Source: Auanema rhodensis (Eukaryota; Animalia; Nematoda). From it: a stretch of 64,000 nt of DNA. The notes under the pieces were generated by a model. It ran no database searches. It saw only the letters and a list, made by a program, of their open reading frames with translations, and had not been told where the DNA came from. The translations under genes were made by a program, and so were the position numbers. The stretch is taken from assembly GCA_964057225.1 (NCBI GenBank), contig OZ059894.1:18662001-18726000 (forward strand), given 5' to 3'. Position 1 is the first letter of the stretch. Every line of letters starts with the position of its first letter. Positions 12,501-26,325 of the stretch are shown here, one piece after another.

Positions 12501-13338
12501 AAGCTAGCGCAAATCTGATAACACAGATCGACGCAGCTTAAAAATCCGCATCGAATGCACTATACTACATTGAGAAACGCTTAATACAAAAATTAGTTAT
12601 GATCGTTTGAAAAATGATGCATTAGTGTATGTTGTGTTTCCATGTACACTCAACATTGCTTCCAAAAACATTTTGACAAAAATTTTTTCGAAAAATTTCA
12701 AAATAATTTAGCAAAAAGTAGATGTTTTTAGATTCCTTTTTTTAAGGCAAAGACGATGCACAATGTTATTCAACGAAAAAATTAATTCTTCAGGGTGAAA
12801 ATCGAGGATATAAGTGTGAACTTATATCAGTTGATATCTCGGTGCATTTTTAAGCTAGCGCAAATCTGATAACACAGATCGACGCAGCTTAAAAATCCGC
12901 ATCGAATGCACTATACTACATTGAGAAACGCTTAATACAAAAATTAGTTATGATCGTTTGAAAAATGATGCATTAGTGTATGTTGTGTTTCCATGTACAC
13001 TCAACATTGCTTCCAAAAACATTTTGACAAAAATTTTTTCGAAAAATTTCAAAATAATTTAGCAAAAAGTAGATGTTTTTAGATTCCTTTTTTCAAGGCA
13101 AAGACGATGGACAATGTTATTCAACGAAAAAATTAATTCTTCAGGGTGAAAATCGAGGATATAAGTGTGAACTTATATCAGTTGATATCTCGGTGCATTT
13201 TTAAGCTAGCGCAAATCTGATAACACAGATCGACGCAGCTTAAAAATCCGCATCGAATGCACTATACTACATTGAGAAACGCTTAAAACAAAAATTAGTT
13301 ATGATCGTTTGAAAAATGATGCATTAGTGTATGTTGAG

Positions 13339-16300
13339 TTTCCATGTACACTCAACATTGCTTCCAAAAACATTTTGACAAAAATTTTTTCGAAAAATTT
13401 CAAAATAATTTAGCAAAAAGTAGATGTTTTTAGATTCCTTTTTTCAAGGCTAAGACGATGGACAATGTTATTCAACGAAAAAATTAATTCTTCAGGGTGA
13501 AAATCGAGGATATAAGTGTGAACTTATATCAGTTGATATCTCGGTGCATTTTTAAGCTAGCGCAAATCTGATAACACAGATCGACGCAGCTTAAAAATCC
13601 GCATCGAATGCACTATACTACATTGAGAAACGCTTAATACAAAAATTAGTTATGATCGTTTGAAAAATGATGCATTAGTGTATGTTGTGTTTCCATGTAC
13701 ACTCAACATTGCTTCCAAAAACATTTTGACAAAAATTTTTTCGAAAAATTTCAAAATAATTTAGCAAAAAGTAGATGTTTTTAGATTCCTTTTTTTAAGG
13801 CAAAGACGATGCACAATGTTATTCAACGAAAAAATTAATTCTTCAGGGTGAAAATCGAGGATATAAGTGTGAACTTATATCAGTTGATATCTCGGTGCAT
13901 TTTTAAGCTAGCGCAAATCTGATAACACAGATCGACGCAGCTTAAAAATTCGCATCGAATGCACTATACTACATTGAGAAACGCTTAATACAAAAATTAG
14001 TTATGATCGTTTGAAAAATGATGCATTAGTGTATGTTGAGTTTCCATGTACACTCAACATTGCTTCCAAAAACATTTTGACAAAAATTTTTTCGAAAAAT
14101 TTCAAAATAATTTAGCAAAAAGTAGATGTTTTTAGATTCCTTTTTTCAAGGCAAAGACGATGGACAATGTTATTCAACGAAAAAATTAATTCTTCAGGGT
14201 GAAAATCGAGGATATAAGTGTAAACTTATATCAGTTGATATCTCGGTGCATTTTTAAGCTAGCGCAAATCTGATAACACAGATCGACGCAGCTTAAAAAT
14301 CCGCATCGAATGCACTATACTACATTGAGAAACGCTTAATACAAAAATTAGTTATGATCGTTTGAAAAATGATGCATTAGTGTATGTTGAGTTTCCATGT
14401 ACACTCAACATTGCTTCCAAAAACATTTTGACAAAAATTTTTTCGAAAAATTTCAAAATAATTTAGCAAAAAGTAGATGTTTTTAGATTCCTTTTTTCAA
14501 GGCAAAGACGATGGACAATGTTATTCAACGAAAAAATTAATTCTTCAGGGTGAAAATCGAGGATATAAGTGTAAACTTATATCAGTTGATATCTCGGTGC
14601 ATTTTTAAGCTAGCGCAAATCTGATAACACAGATCGACGCAGCTTAAAAATCCGCATCGAATGCACTATACTACATTGAGAAACGCTTAATACAAAAATT
14701 AGTTATGATCGTTTGAAAAATGATGCATTAGTGTATGTTGAGTTTCCATGTACACTCAACATTGCTTCCAAAAACATTTTGACAAAAATTTTTTCGAAAA
14801 ATTTCAAAATAATTTAGCAAAAAGTAGATGTTTTTAGATTCCTTTTTTTAAGGCGAAGACGATGGACAATGTTATTCAACGAAAAAATTAATTCTTCAGG
14901 GTGAAAATCGAGGATATAAGTGTGAACTTATATCAGTTGATATCTCGGTGCATTTTTAAGCTAGCGCAAATCTGATAACACAGATCGACGCAGCTTAAAA
15001 ATCCGCATCGAATGCACTATACTACATTGAGAAACGCTTAATACAAAAATTAGTTATGATCGTTTGAAAAATGATGCATTAGTGTATGTTGTGTTTCCAT
15101 GTACACTCAACATTGCTTCCAAAAACATTTTGACAAAAATTTTTTCGAAAAATTTCAAAATAATTTAGCAAAAAGTAGATGTTTTTAGATTCCTTTTTTT
15201 AAGGCAAAGACGATGCACAATGTTATTCAACGAAAAAATTAATTCTTCAGGGTGAAAATCGAGGATATAAGTGTGAACTTATATCAGTTGATATCTCGGT
15301 GCATTTTTAAGCTAGCGCAAATCTGATAACACAGATCGACGCAGCTTAAAAATCCGCATCGAATGCACTATACTACATTGAGAAACGCTTAATACAAAAA
15401 TTAGTTATGATCGTTTGAAAAATGATGCATTAGTGTATGTTGTGTTTCCATGTACACTCAACATTGCTTCCAAAAACATTTTGACAAAAATTTTTTCGAA
15501 AAATTTCAAAATAATTTAGCAAAAAGTAGATGTTTTTAGATTCCTTTTTTCAAGGCAAAGACGATGGACAATGTTATTCAACGAAAAAATTAATTCTTCA
15601 GGGTGAAAATCGAGGATATAAGTGTGAACTTATATCAGTTGATATCTCGGTGCATTTTTAAGCTAGCGCAAATCTGATAACACAGATCGACGCAGCTTAA
15701 AAATCCGCATCGAATGCACTATACTACATTGAGAAACGCTTAATACAAAAATTAGTTATGATCGTTTGAAAAATGATGCATTAGTGTATGTTGAGTTTCC
15801 ATGTACACTCAACATTGCTTCCAAAAACATTTTGACAAAAATTTTTTCGAAAAAATTCAAAATAATTTAGCAAAAAGTAGATGTTTTTAGATTCCTTTTT
15901 TCAAGGCAAAGACGATGGACAATGTTATTCAACGAAAAAATTAATTCTTCAGGGTGAAAATCGAGGATATAAGTGTAAACTTATATCAGTTGATATCTCG
16001 GTGCATTTTTAAGCTAGCGCAAATCTGATAACACAGATCGACGCAGCTTAAAAATCCGCATCGAATGCACTATACTACATTGAGAAACGCTTAATACAAA
16101 AATTAGTTATGATCGTTTGAAAAATGATGCATTAGTGTATGTTGTGTTTCCATGTACACTCAACATTGCTTCCAAAAACATTTTGACAAAAATTTTTTCG
16201 AAAAATTTCAAAATAATTTAGCAAAAAGTAGATGTTTTTAGATTCCTTTTTTCAAGGCTAAGACGATGGACAATGTTATTCAACGAAAAAATTAATTCTT

Positions 16301-18954
16301 CAGGGTGAAAATCGAGGATATAAGTGTGAACTTATATCAGTTGATATCTCGGTGCATTTTTAAGCTAGCGCAAATCTGATAACACAGATCGACGCAGCTT
16401 AAAAATCCGCATCGAATGCACTATACTACATTGAGAAACGCTTAATACAAAAATTAGTTATGATCGTTTGAAAAATGATGCATTAGTGTATGTTGTGTTT
16501 CCATGTACACTCAACATTGCTTCCAAAAACATTTTGACAAAAATTTTTTCGAAAAATTTCAAAATAATTTAGCAAAAAGTAGATGTTTTTAGATTCCTTT
16601 TTTTAAGGCAAAGACGATGCACAATGTTATTCAACGAAAAAATTAATTCTTCAGGGTGAAAATCGAGGATATAAGTGTGAACTTATATCAGTTGATATCT
16701 CGGTGCATTTTTAAGCTAGCGCAAATCTGATAACACAGATCGACGCAGCTTAAAAATTCGCATCGAATGCACTATACTACATTGAGAAACGCTTAATACA
16801 AAAATTAGTTATGATCGTTTGAAAAATGATGCATTAGTGTATGTTGAGTTTCCATGTACACTCAACATTGCTTCCAAAAACATTTTGACAAAAATTTTTT
16901 CGAAAAATTTCAAAATAATTTAGCAAAAAGTAGATGTTTTTAGATTCCTTTTTTCAAGGCAAAGACGATGGACAATGTTATTCAACGAAAAAATTAATTC
17001 TTCAGGGTGAAAATCGAGGATATAAGTGTAAACTTATATCAGTTGATATCTCGGTGCATTTTTAAGCTAGCGCAAATCTGATAACACAGATCGACGCAGC
17101 TTAAAAATCCGCATCGAATGCACTATACTACATTGAGAAACGCTTAATACAAAAATTAGTTATGATCGTTTGAAAAATGATGCATTAGTGTATGTTGAGT
17201 TTCCATGTACACTCAACATTGCTTCCAAAAACATTTTGACAAAAATTTTTTCGAAAAATTTCAAAATAATTTAGCAAAAAGTAGATGTTTTTAGATTCCT
17301 TTTTTCAAGGCAAAGACGATGGACAATGTTATTCAACGAAAAAATTAATTCTTCAGGGTGAAAATCGAGGATATAAGTGTAAACTTATATCAGTTGATAT
17401 CTCGGTGCATTTTTAAGCTAGCGCAAATCTGATAACACAGATCGACGCAGCTTAAAAATCCGCATCGAATGCACTATACTACATTGAGAAACGCTTAATA
17501 CAAAAATTAGTTATGATCGTTTGAAAAATGATGCATTAGTGTATGTTGAGTTTCCATGTACACTCAACATTGCTTCCAAAAACATTTTGACAAAAATTTT
17601 TTCGAAAAATTTCAAAATAATTTAGCAAAAAGTAGATGTTTTTAGATTCCTTTTTTTAAGGCGAAGACGATGGACAATGTTATTCAACGAAAAAATTAAT
17701 TCTTCAGGGTGAAAATCGAGGATATAAGTGTGAACTTATATCAGTTGATATCTCGGTGCATTTTTAAGCTAGCGCAAATCTGATAACACAGATCGACGCA
17801 GCTTAAAAATCCGCATCGAATGCACTATACTACATTGAGAAACGCTTAATACAAAAATTAGTTATGATCGTTTGAAAAATGATGCATTAGTGTATGTTGT
17901 GTTTCCATGTACACTCAACATTGCTTCCAAAAACATTTTGACAAAAATTTTTTCGAAAAATTTCAAAATAATTTAGCAAAAAGTAGATGTTTTTAGATTC
18001 CTTTTTTTAAGGCAAAGACGATGCACAATGTTATTCAACGAAAAAATTAATTCTTCAGGGTGAAAATCGAGGATATAAGTGTGAACTTATATCAGTTGAT
18101 ATCTCGGTGCATTTTTAAGCTAGCGCAAATCTGATAACACAGATCGACGCAGCTTAAAAATCCGCATCGAATGCACTATACTACATTGAGAAACGCTTAA
18201 TACAAAAATTAGTTATGATCGTTTGAAAAATGATGCATTAGTGTATGTTGTGTTTCCATGTACACTCAACATTGCTTCCAAAAACATTTTGACAAAAATT
18301 TTTTCGAAAAATTTCAAAATAATTTAGCAAAAAGTAGATGTTTTTAGATTCCTTTTTTCAAGGCAAAGACGATGGACAATGTTATTCAACGAAAAAATTA
18401 ATTCTTCAGGGTGAAAATCGAGGATATAAGTGTGAACTTATATCAGTTGATATCTCGGTGCATTTTTAAGCTAGCGCAAATCTGATAACACAGATCGACG
18501 CAGCTTAAAAATCCGCATCGAATGCACTATACTACATTGAGAAACGCTTAATACAAAAATTAGTTATGATCGTTTGAAAAATGATGCATTAGTGTATGTT
18601 GAGTTTCCATGTACACTCAACATTGCTTCCAAAAACATTTTGACAAAAATTTTTTCGAAAAAATTCAAAATAATTTAGCAAAAAGTAGATGTTTTTAGAT
18701 TCCTTTTTTCAAGGCAAAGACGATGGACAATGTTATTCAACGAAAAAATTAATTCTTCAGGGTGAAAATCGAGGATATAAGTGTAAACTTATATCAGTTG
18801 ATATCTCGGTGCATTTTTAAGCTAGCGCAAATCTGATAACACAGATCGACGCAGCTTAAAAATCCGCATCGAATGCACTATACTACATTGAGAAACGCTT
18901 AATACAAAAATTAGTTATGATCGTTTGAAAAATGATGCATTAGTGTATGTTGTG
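13339..18954. repeat. Tandem duplication of an 8-monomer (2808-bp) higher-order unit
   Basis: M39-46 (13339-16146) and M47-54 (16147-18954) show the same ordered variants: 113T; 107T/123C/261T; 182A; 182A; 107T/113G; 107T/123C; consensus; 60A/182A. Confidence 0.85.
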
Positions 18955-21411
18955 TTTCCATGTACACTCAACATTGCTTCCAAAAACATTTTGACAAAAA
19001 TTTTTTCGAAAAATTTCAAAATAATTTAGCAAAAAGTAGATGTTTTTAGATTCCTTTTTTCAAGGCAAAGACGATGAACAATGTTATTCAACGAAAAAAT
19101 TAATTCTTCAGGGTGAAAATCGAGGATATAAGTGTGAACTTATATCAGTTGATATCTCGGTGCATTTTTAAGCTAGCGCAAATCTGATAACACAGATCGA
19201 CGCAGCTTAAAAATCCGCATCGAATGCACTATACTACATTGAGAAACGCTTAATACAAAAATTAGTTATGATCGTTTGAAAAATGATGCATTAGTGTATG
19301 TTGAGTTTCCATGTACACTCAACATTGCTTCCAAAAACATTTTGACAAAAATTTTTTCGAAAAATTTCAAAATAATTTAGCAAAAAGTAGATGTTTTTAG
19401 ATTCCTTTTTTCAAGGCTAAGACGATGGACAATGTTATTCAACGAAAAAATTAATTCTTCAGGGTGAAAATCGAGGATATAAGTGTGAACTTATATCAGT
19501 TGATATCTCGGTGCATTTTTAAGCTAGCGCAAATCTGATAACACAGATCGACGCAGCTTAAAAATCCGCATCGAATGCACTATACTACATTGAGAAACGC
19601 TTAATACAAAAATTAGTTATGATCGTTTGAAAAATGATGCATTAGTGTATGTTGTGTTTCCATGTACACTCAACATTGCTTCCAAAAACATTTTGACAAA
19701 AATTTTTTCGAAAAATTTCAAAATAATTTAGCAAAAAGTAGATGTTTTTAGATTCCTTTTTTTAAGGCAAAGACGATGCACAATGTTATTCAACGAAAAA
19801 ATTAATTCTTCAGGGTGAAAATCGAGGATATAAGTGTGAACTTATATCAGTTGATATCTCGGTGCATTTTTAAGCTAGCGCAAATCTGATAACACAGATC
19901 GACGCAGCTTAAAAATCCGCATCGAATGCACTATACTACATTGAGAAACGCTTAATACAAAAATTAGTTATGATCGTTTGAAAAATGATGCATTAGTGTA
20001 TGTTGTGTTTCCATGTACACTCAACATTGCTTCCAAAAACATTTTGACAAAAATTTTTTCGAAAAATTTCAAAATAATTTAGCAAAAAGTAGATGTTTTT
20101 AGATTCCTTTTTTCAAGGCAAAGACGATGGACAATGTTATTCAACGAAAAAATTAATTCTTCAGGGTGAAAATCGAGGATATAAGTGTGAACTTATATCA
20201 GTTGATATCTCGGTGCATTTTTAAGCTAGCGCAAATCTGATAACACAGATCGACGCAGCTTAAAAATCCGCATCGAATGCACTATACTACATTGAGAAAC
20301 GCTTAAAACAAAAATTAGTTATGATCGTTTGAAAAATGATGCATTAGTGTATGTTGAGTTTCCATGTACACTCAACATTGCTTCCAAAAACATTTTGACA
20401 AAAATTTTTTCGAAAAATTTCAAAATAATTTAGCAAAAAGTAGATGTTTTTAGATTCCTTTTTTCAAGGCTAAGACGATGGACAATGTTATTCAACGAAA
20501 AAAATAATTCTTCAGGGTGAAAATCGAGGATATAAGTGTGAACTTATATCAGTTGATATCTCGGTGCATTTTTAAGCTAGCGCAAATCTGATAACACAGA
20601 TCGACGCAGCTTAAAAATCCGCATCGAATGCACTATACTACATTGAGAAACGCTTAAAACAAAAATTAGTTATGATCGTTTGAAAAATGATGCATTAGTG
20701 TATGTTGAGTTTCCATGTACACTCAACATTGCTTCCAAAAACATTTTGACAAAAATTTTTTCGAAAAATTTCAAAATAATTTAGCAAAAAGTAGATGTTT
20801 TTAGATTCCTTTTTTCAAGGCAAAGACGATGGACAATGTTATTCAACGAAAAAATTAATTCTTCAGGGTGAAAATCGAGGATATAAGTGTGAACTTATAT
20901 CAGTTGATATCTCGGTGCATTTTTAAGCTAGCGCAAATCTGATAACACAGATCGACGCAGCTTAAAAATTCGCATCGAATGCACTATACTACATTGAGAA
21001 ACGCTTAATACAAAAATTAGTTATGATCGTTTGAAAAATGATGCATTAGTGTATGTTGAGTTTCCATGTACACTCAACATTGCTTCCAAAAACATTTTGA
21101 CAAAAATTTTTTCGAAAAATTTCAAAATAATTTAGCAAAAAGTAGATGTTTTTAGATTCCTTTTTTCAAGGCAAAGACGATGGACAATGTTATTCAACGA
21201 AAAAATTAATTCTTCAGGGTGAAAATCGAGGATATAAGTGTGAACTTATATCAGTTGATATCTCGGTGCATTTTTAAGCTAGCGCAAATCTGATAACACA
21301 GATCGACGCAGCTTAAAAATTCGCATCGAATGCACTATACTACATTGAGAAACGCTTAATACAAAAATTAGTTATGATCGTTTGAAAAATGATGCATTAG
21401 TGTATGTTGAG

Positions 21412-24400
21412 TTTCCATGTACACTCAACATTGCTTCCAAAAACATTTTGACAAAAATTTTTTCGAAAAATTTCAAAATAATTTAGCAAAAAGTAGATGT
21501 TTTTAGATTCCTTTTTTCAAGGCAAAGACGATGGACAATGTTATTCAACGAAAAAATTAATTCTTCAGGGTGAAAATCGAGGATATAAGTGTAAACTTAT
21601 ATCAGTTGATATCTCGGTGCATTTTTAAGCTAGCGCAAATCTGATAACACAGATCGACGCAGCTTAAAAATCCGCATCGAATGCACTATACTACATTGAG
21701 AAACGCTTAATACAAAAATTAGTTATGATCGTTTGAAAAATGATGCATTAGTGTATGTTGAGTTTCCATGTACACTCAACATTGCTTCCAAAAACATTTT
21801 GACAAAAATTTTTTCGAAAAATTTCAAAATAATTTAGCAAAAAGTAGATGTTTTTAGATTCCTTTTTTCAAGGCAAAGACGATGGACAATGTTATTCAAC
21901 GAAAAAATTAATTCTTCAGGGTGAAAATCGAGGATATAAGTGTGAACTTATATCAGTTGATATCTCGGTGCATTTTTAAGCTAGCGCAAATCTGATAACA
22001 CAGATCGACGCAGCTTAAAAATTCGCATCGAATGCACTATACTACATTGAGAAACGCTTAATACAAAAATTAGTTATGATCGTTTGAAAAATGATGCATT
22101 AGTGTATGTTGAGTTTCCATGTACACTCAACATTGCTTCCAAAAACATTTTGACAAAAATTTTTTCGAAAAATTTCAAAATAATTTAGCAAAAAGTAGAT
22201 GTTTTTAGATTCCTTTTTTCAAGGCAAAGACGATGGACAATGTTATTCAACGAAAAAATTAATTCTTCAGGGTGAAAATCGAGGATATAAGTGTAAACTT
22301 ATATCAGTTGATATCTCGGTGCATTTTTAAGCTAGCGCAAATCTGATAACACAGATCGACGCAGCTTAAAAATCCGCATCGAATGCACTATACTACATTG
22401 AGAAACGCTTAATACAAAAATTAGTTATGATCGTTTGAAAAATGATGCATTAGTGTATGTTGAGTTTCCATGTACACTCAACATTGCTTCCAAAAACATT
22501 TTGACAAAAATTTTTTCGAAAAAATTCAAAATAATTTAGCAAAAAGTAGATGTTTTTAGATTCCTTTTTTCAAGGCAAAGACGATGGACAATGTTATTCA
22601 ACGAAAAAATTAATTCTTCAGGGTGAAAATCGAGGATATAAGTGTAAACTTATATCAGTTGATATCTCGGTGCATTTTTAAGCTAGCGCAAATCTGATAA
22701 CACAGATCGACGCAGCTTAAAAATCCGCATCGAATGCACTATACTACATTGAGAAACGCTTAATACAAAAATTAGTTATGATCGTTTGAAAAATGATGCA
22801 TTAGTGTATGTTGTGTTTCCATGTACACTCAACATTGCTTCCAAAAACATTTTGACAAAAATTTTTTCGAAAAATTTCAAAATAATTTAGCAAAAAGTAG
22901 ATGTTTTTAGATTCCTTTTTTCAAGGCAAAGACGATGAACAATGTTATTCAACGAAAAAATTAATTCTTCAGGGTGAAAATCGAGGATATAAGTGTGAAC
23001 TTATATCAGTTGATATCTCGGTGCATTTTTAAGCTAGCGCAAATCTGATAACACAGATCGACGCAGCTTAAAAATCCGCATCGAATGCACTATACTACAT
23101 TGAGAAACGCTTAATACAAAAATTAGTTATGATCGTTTGAAAAATGATGCATTAGTGTATGTTGAGTTTCCATGTACACTCAACATTGCTTCCAAAAACA
23201 TTTTGACAAAAATTTTTTCGAAAAATTTCAAAATAATTTAGCAAAAAGTAGATGTTTTTAGATTCCTTTTTTCAAGGCTAAGACGATGGACAATGTTATT
23301 CAACGAAAAAATTAATTCTTCAGGGTGAAAATCGAGGATATAAGTGTGAACTTATATCAGTTGATATCTCGGTGCATTTTTAAGCTAGCGCAAATCTGAT
23401 AACACAGATCGACGCAGCTTAAAAATCCGCATCGAATGCACTATACTACATTGAGAAACGCTTAATACAAAAATTAGTTATGATCGTTTGAAAAATGATG
23501 CATTAGTGTATGTTGTGTTTCCATGTACACTCAACATTGCTTCCAAAAACATTTTGACAAAAATTTTTTCGAAAAATTTCAAAATAATTTAGCAAAAAGT
23601 AGATGTTTTTAGATTCCTTTTTTTAAGGCAAAGACGATGCACAATGTTATTCAACGAAAAAATTAATTCTTCAGGGTGAAAATCGAGGATATAAGTGTGA
23701 ACTTATATCAGTTGATATCTCGGTGCATTTTTAAGCTAGCGCAAATCTGATAACACAGATCGACGCAGCTTAAAAATTCGCATCGAATGCACTATACTAC
23801 ATTGAGAAACGCTTAATACAAAAATTAGTTATGATCGTTTGAAAAATGATGCATTAGTGTATGTTGAGTTTCCATGTACACTCAACATTGCTTCCAAAAA
23901 CATTTTGACAAAAATTTTTTCGAAAAATTTCAAAATAATTTAGCAAAAAGTAGATGTTTTTAGATTCCTTTTTTCAAGGCAAAGACGATGGACAATGTTA
24001 TTCAACGAAAAAATTAATTCTTCAGGGTGAAAATCGAGGATATAAGTGTAAACTTATATCAGTTGATATCTCGGTGCATTTTTAAGCTAGCGCAAATCTG
24101 ATAACACAGATCGACGCAGCTTAAAAATCCGCATCGAATGCACTATACTACATTGAGAAACGCTTAATACAAAAATTAGTTATGATCGTTTGAAAAATGA
24201 TGCATTAGTGTATGTTGAGTTTCCATGTACACTCAACATTGCTTCCAAAAACATTTTGACAAAAATTTTTTCGAAAAATTTCAAAATAATTTAGCAAAAA
24301 GTAGATGTTTTTAGATTCCTTTTTTCAAGGCAAAGACGATGGACAATGTTATTCAACGAAAAAATTAATTCTTCAGGGTGAAAATCGAGGATATAAGTGT

Positions 24401-26325
24401 GAACTTATATCAGTTGATATCTCGGTGCATTTTTAAGCTAGCGCAAATCTGATAACACAGATCGACGCAGCTTAAAAATTCGCATCGAATGCACTATACT
24501 ACATTGAGAAACGCTTAATACAAAAATTAGTTATGATCGTTTGAAAAATGATGCATTAGTGTATGTTGAGTTTCCATGTACACTCAACATTGCTTCCAAA
24601 AACATTTTGACAAAAATTTTTTCGAAAAATTTCAAAATAATTTAGCAAAAAGTAGATGTTTTTAGATTCCTTTTTTCAAGGCAAAGACGATGGACAATGT
24701 TATTCAACGAAAAAATTAATTCTTCAGGGTGAAAATCGAGGATATAAGTGTAAACTTATATCAGTTGATATCTCGGTGCATTTTTAAGCTAGCGCAAATC
24801 TGATAACACAGATCGACGCAGCTTAAAAATCCGCATCGAATGCACTATACTACATTGAGAAACGCTTAATACAAAAATTAGTTATGATCGTTTGAAAAAT
24901 GATGCATTAGTGTATGTTGAGTTTCCATGTACACTCAACATTGCTTCCAAAAACATTTTGACAAAAATTTTTTCGAAAAAATTCAAAATAATTTAGCAAA
25001 AAGTAGATGTTTTTAGATTCCTTTTTTCAAGGCAAAGACGATGGACAATGTTATTCAACGAAAAAATTAATTCTTCAGGGTGAAAATCGAGGATATAAGT
25101 GTAAACTTATATCAGTTGATATCTCGGTGCATTTTTAAGCTAGCGCAAATCTGATAACACAGATCGACGCAGCTTAAAAATCCGCATCGAATGCACTATA
25201 CTACATTGAGAAACGCTTAATACAAAAATTAGTTATGATCGTTTGAAAAATGATGCATTAGTGTATGTTGTGTTTCCATGTACACTCAACATTGCTTCCA
25301 AAAACATTTTGACAAAAATTTTTTCGAAAAATTTCAAAATAATTTAGCAAAAAGTAGATGTTTTTAGATTCCTTTTTTCAAGGCAAAGACGATGAACAAT
25401 GTTATTCAACGAAAAAATTAATTCTTCAGGGTGAAAATCGAGGATATAAGTGTGAACTTATATCAGTTGATATCTCGGTGCATTTTTAAGCTAGCGCAAA
25501 TCTGATAACACAGATCGACGCAGCTTAAAAATCCGCATCGAATGCACTATACTACATTGAGAAACGCTTAATACAAAAATTAGTTATGATCGTTTGAAAA
25601 ATGATGCATTAGTGTATGTTGAGTTTCCATGTACACTCAACATTGCTTCCAAAAACATTTTGACAAAAATTTTTTCGAAAAATTTCAAAATAATTTAGCA
25701 AAAAGTAGATGTTTTTAGATTCCTTTTTTCAAGGCTAAGACGATGGACAATGTTATTCAACGAAAAAATTAATTCTTCAGGGTGAAAATCGAGGATATAA
25801 GTGTGAACTTATATCAGTTGATATCTCGGTGCATTTTTAAGCTAGCGCAAATCTGATAACACAGATCGACGCAGCTTAAAAATCCGCATCGAATGCACTA
25901 TACTACATTGAGAAACGCTTAATACAAAAATTAGTTATGATCGTTTGAAAAATGATGCATTAGTGTATGTTGTGTTTCCATGTACACTCAACATTGCTTC
26001 CAAAAACATTTTGACAAAAATTTTTTCGAAAAATTTCAAAATAATTTAGCAAAAAGTAGATGTTTTTAGATTCCTTTTTTTAAGGCAAAGACGATGCACA
26101 ATGTTATTCAACGAAAAAATTAATTCTTCAGGGTGAAAATCGAGGATATAAGTGTGAACTTATATCAGTTGATATCTCGGTGCATTTTTAAGCTAGCGCA
26201 AATCTGATAACACAGATCGACGCAGCTTAAAAATTCGCATCGAATGCACTATACTACATTGAGAAACGCTTAATACAAAAATTAGTTATGATCGTTTGAA
26301 AAATGATGCATTAGTGTATGTTGAG
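21412..26325. repeat. Tandem duplication of a 7-monomer (2457-bp) higher-order unit
   Basis: M62-68 and M69-75 share the order 182A; 261T; 182A; 60A/182A; 123A; 113T; 107T/123C/261T. Confidence 0.85.
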
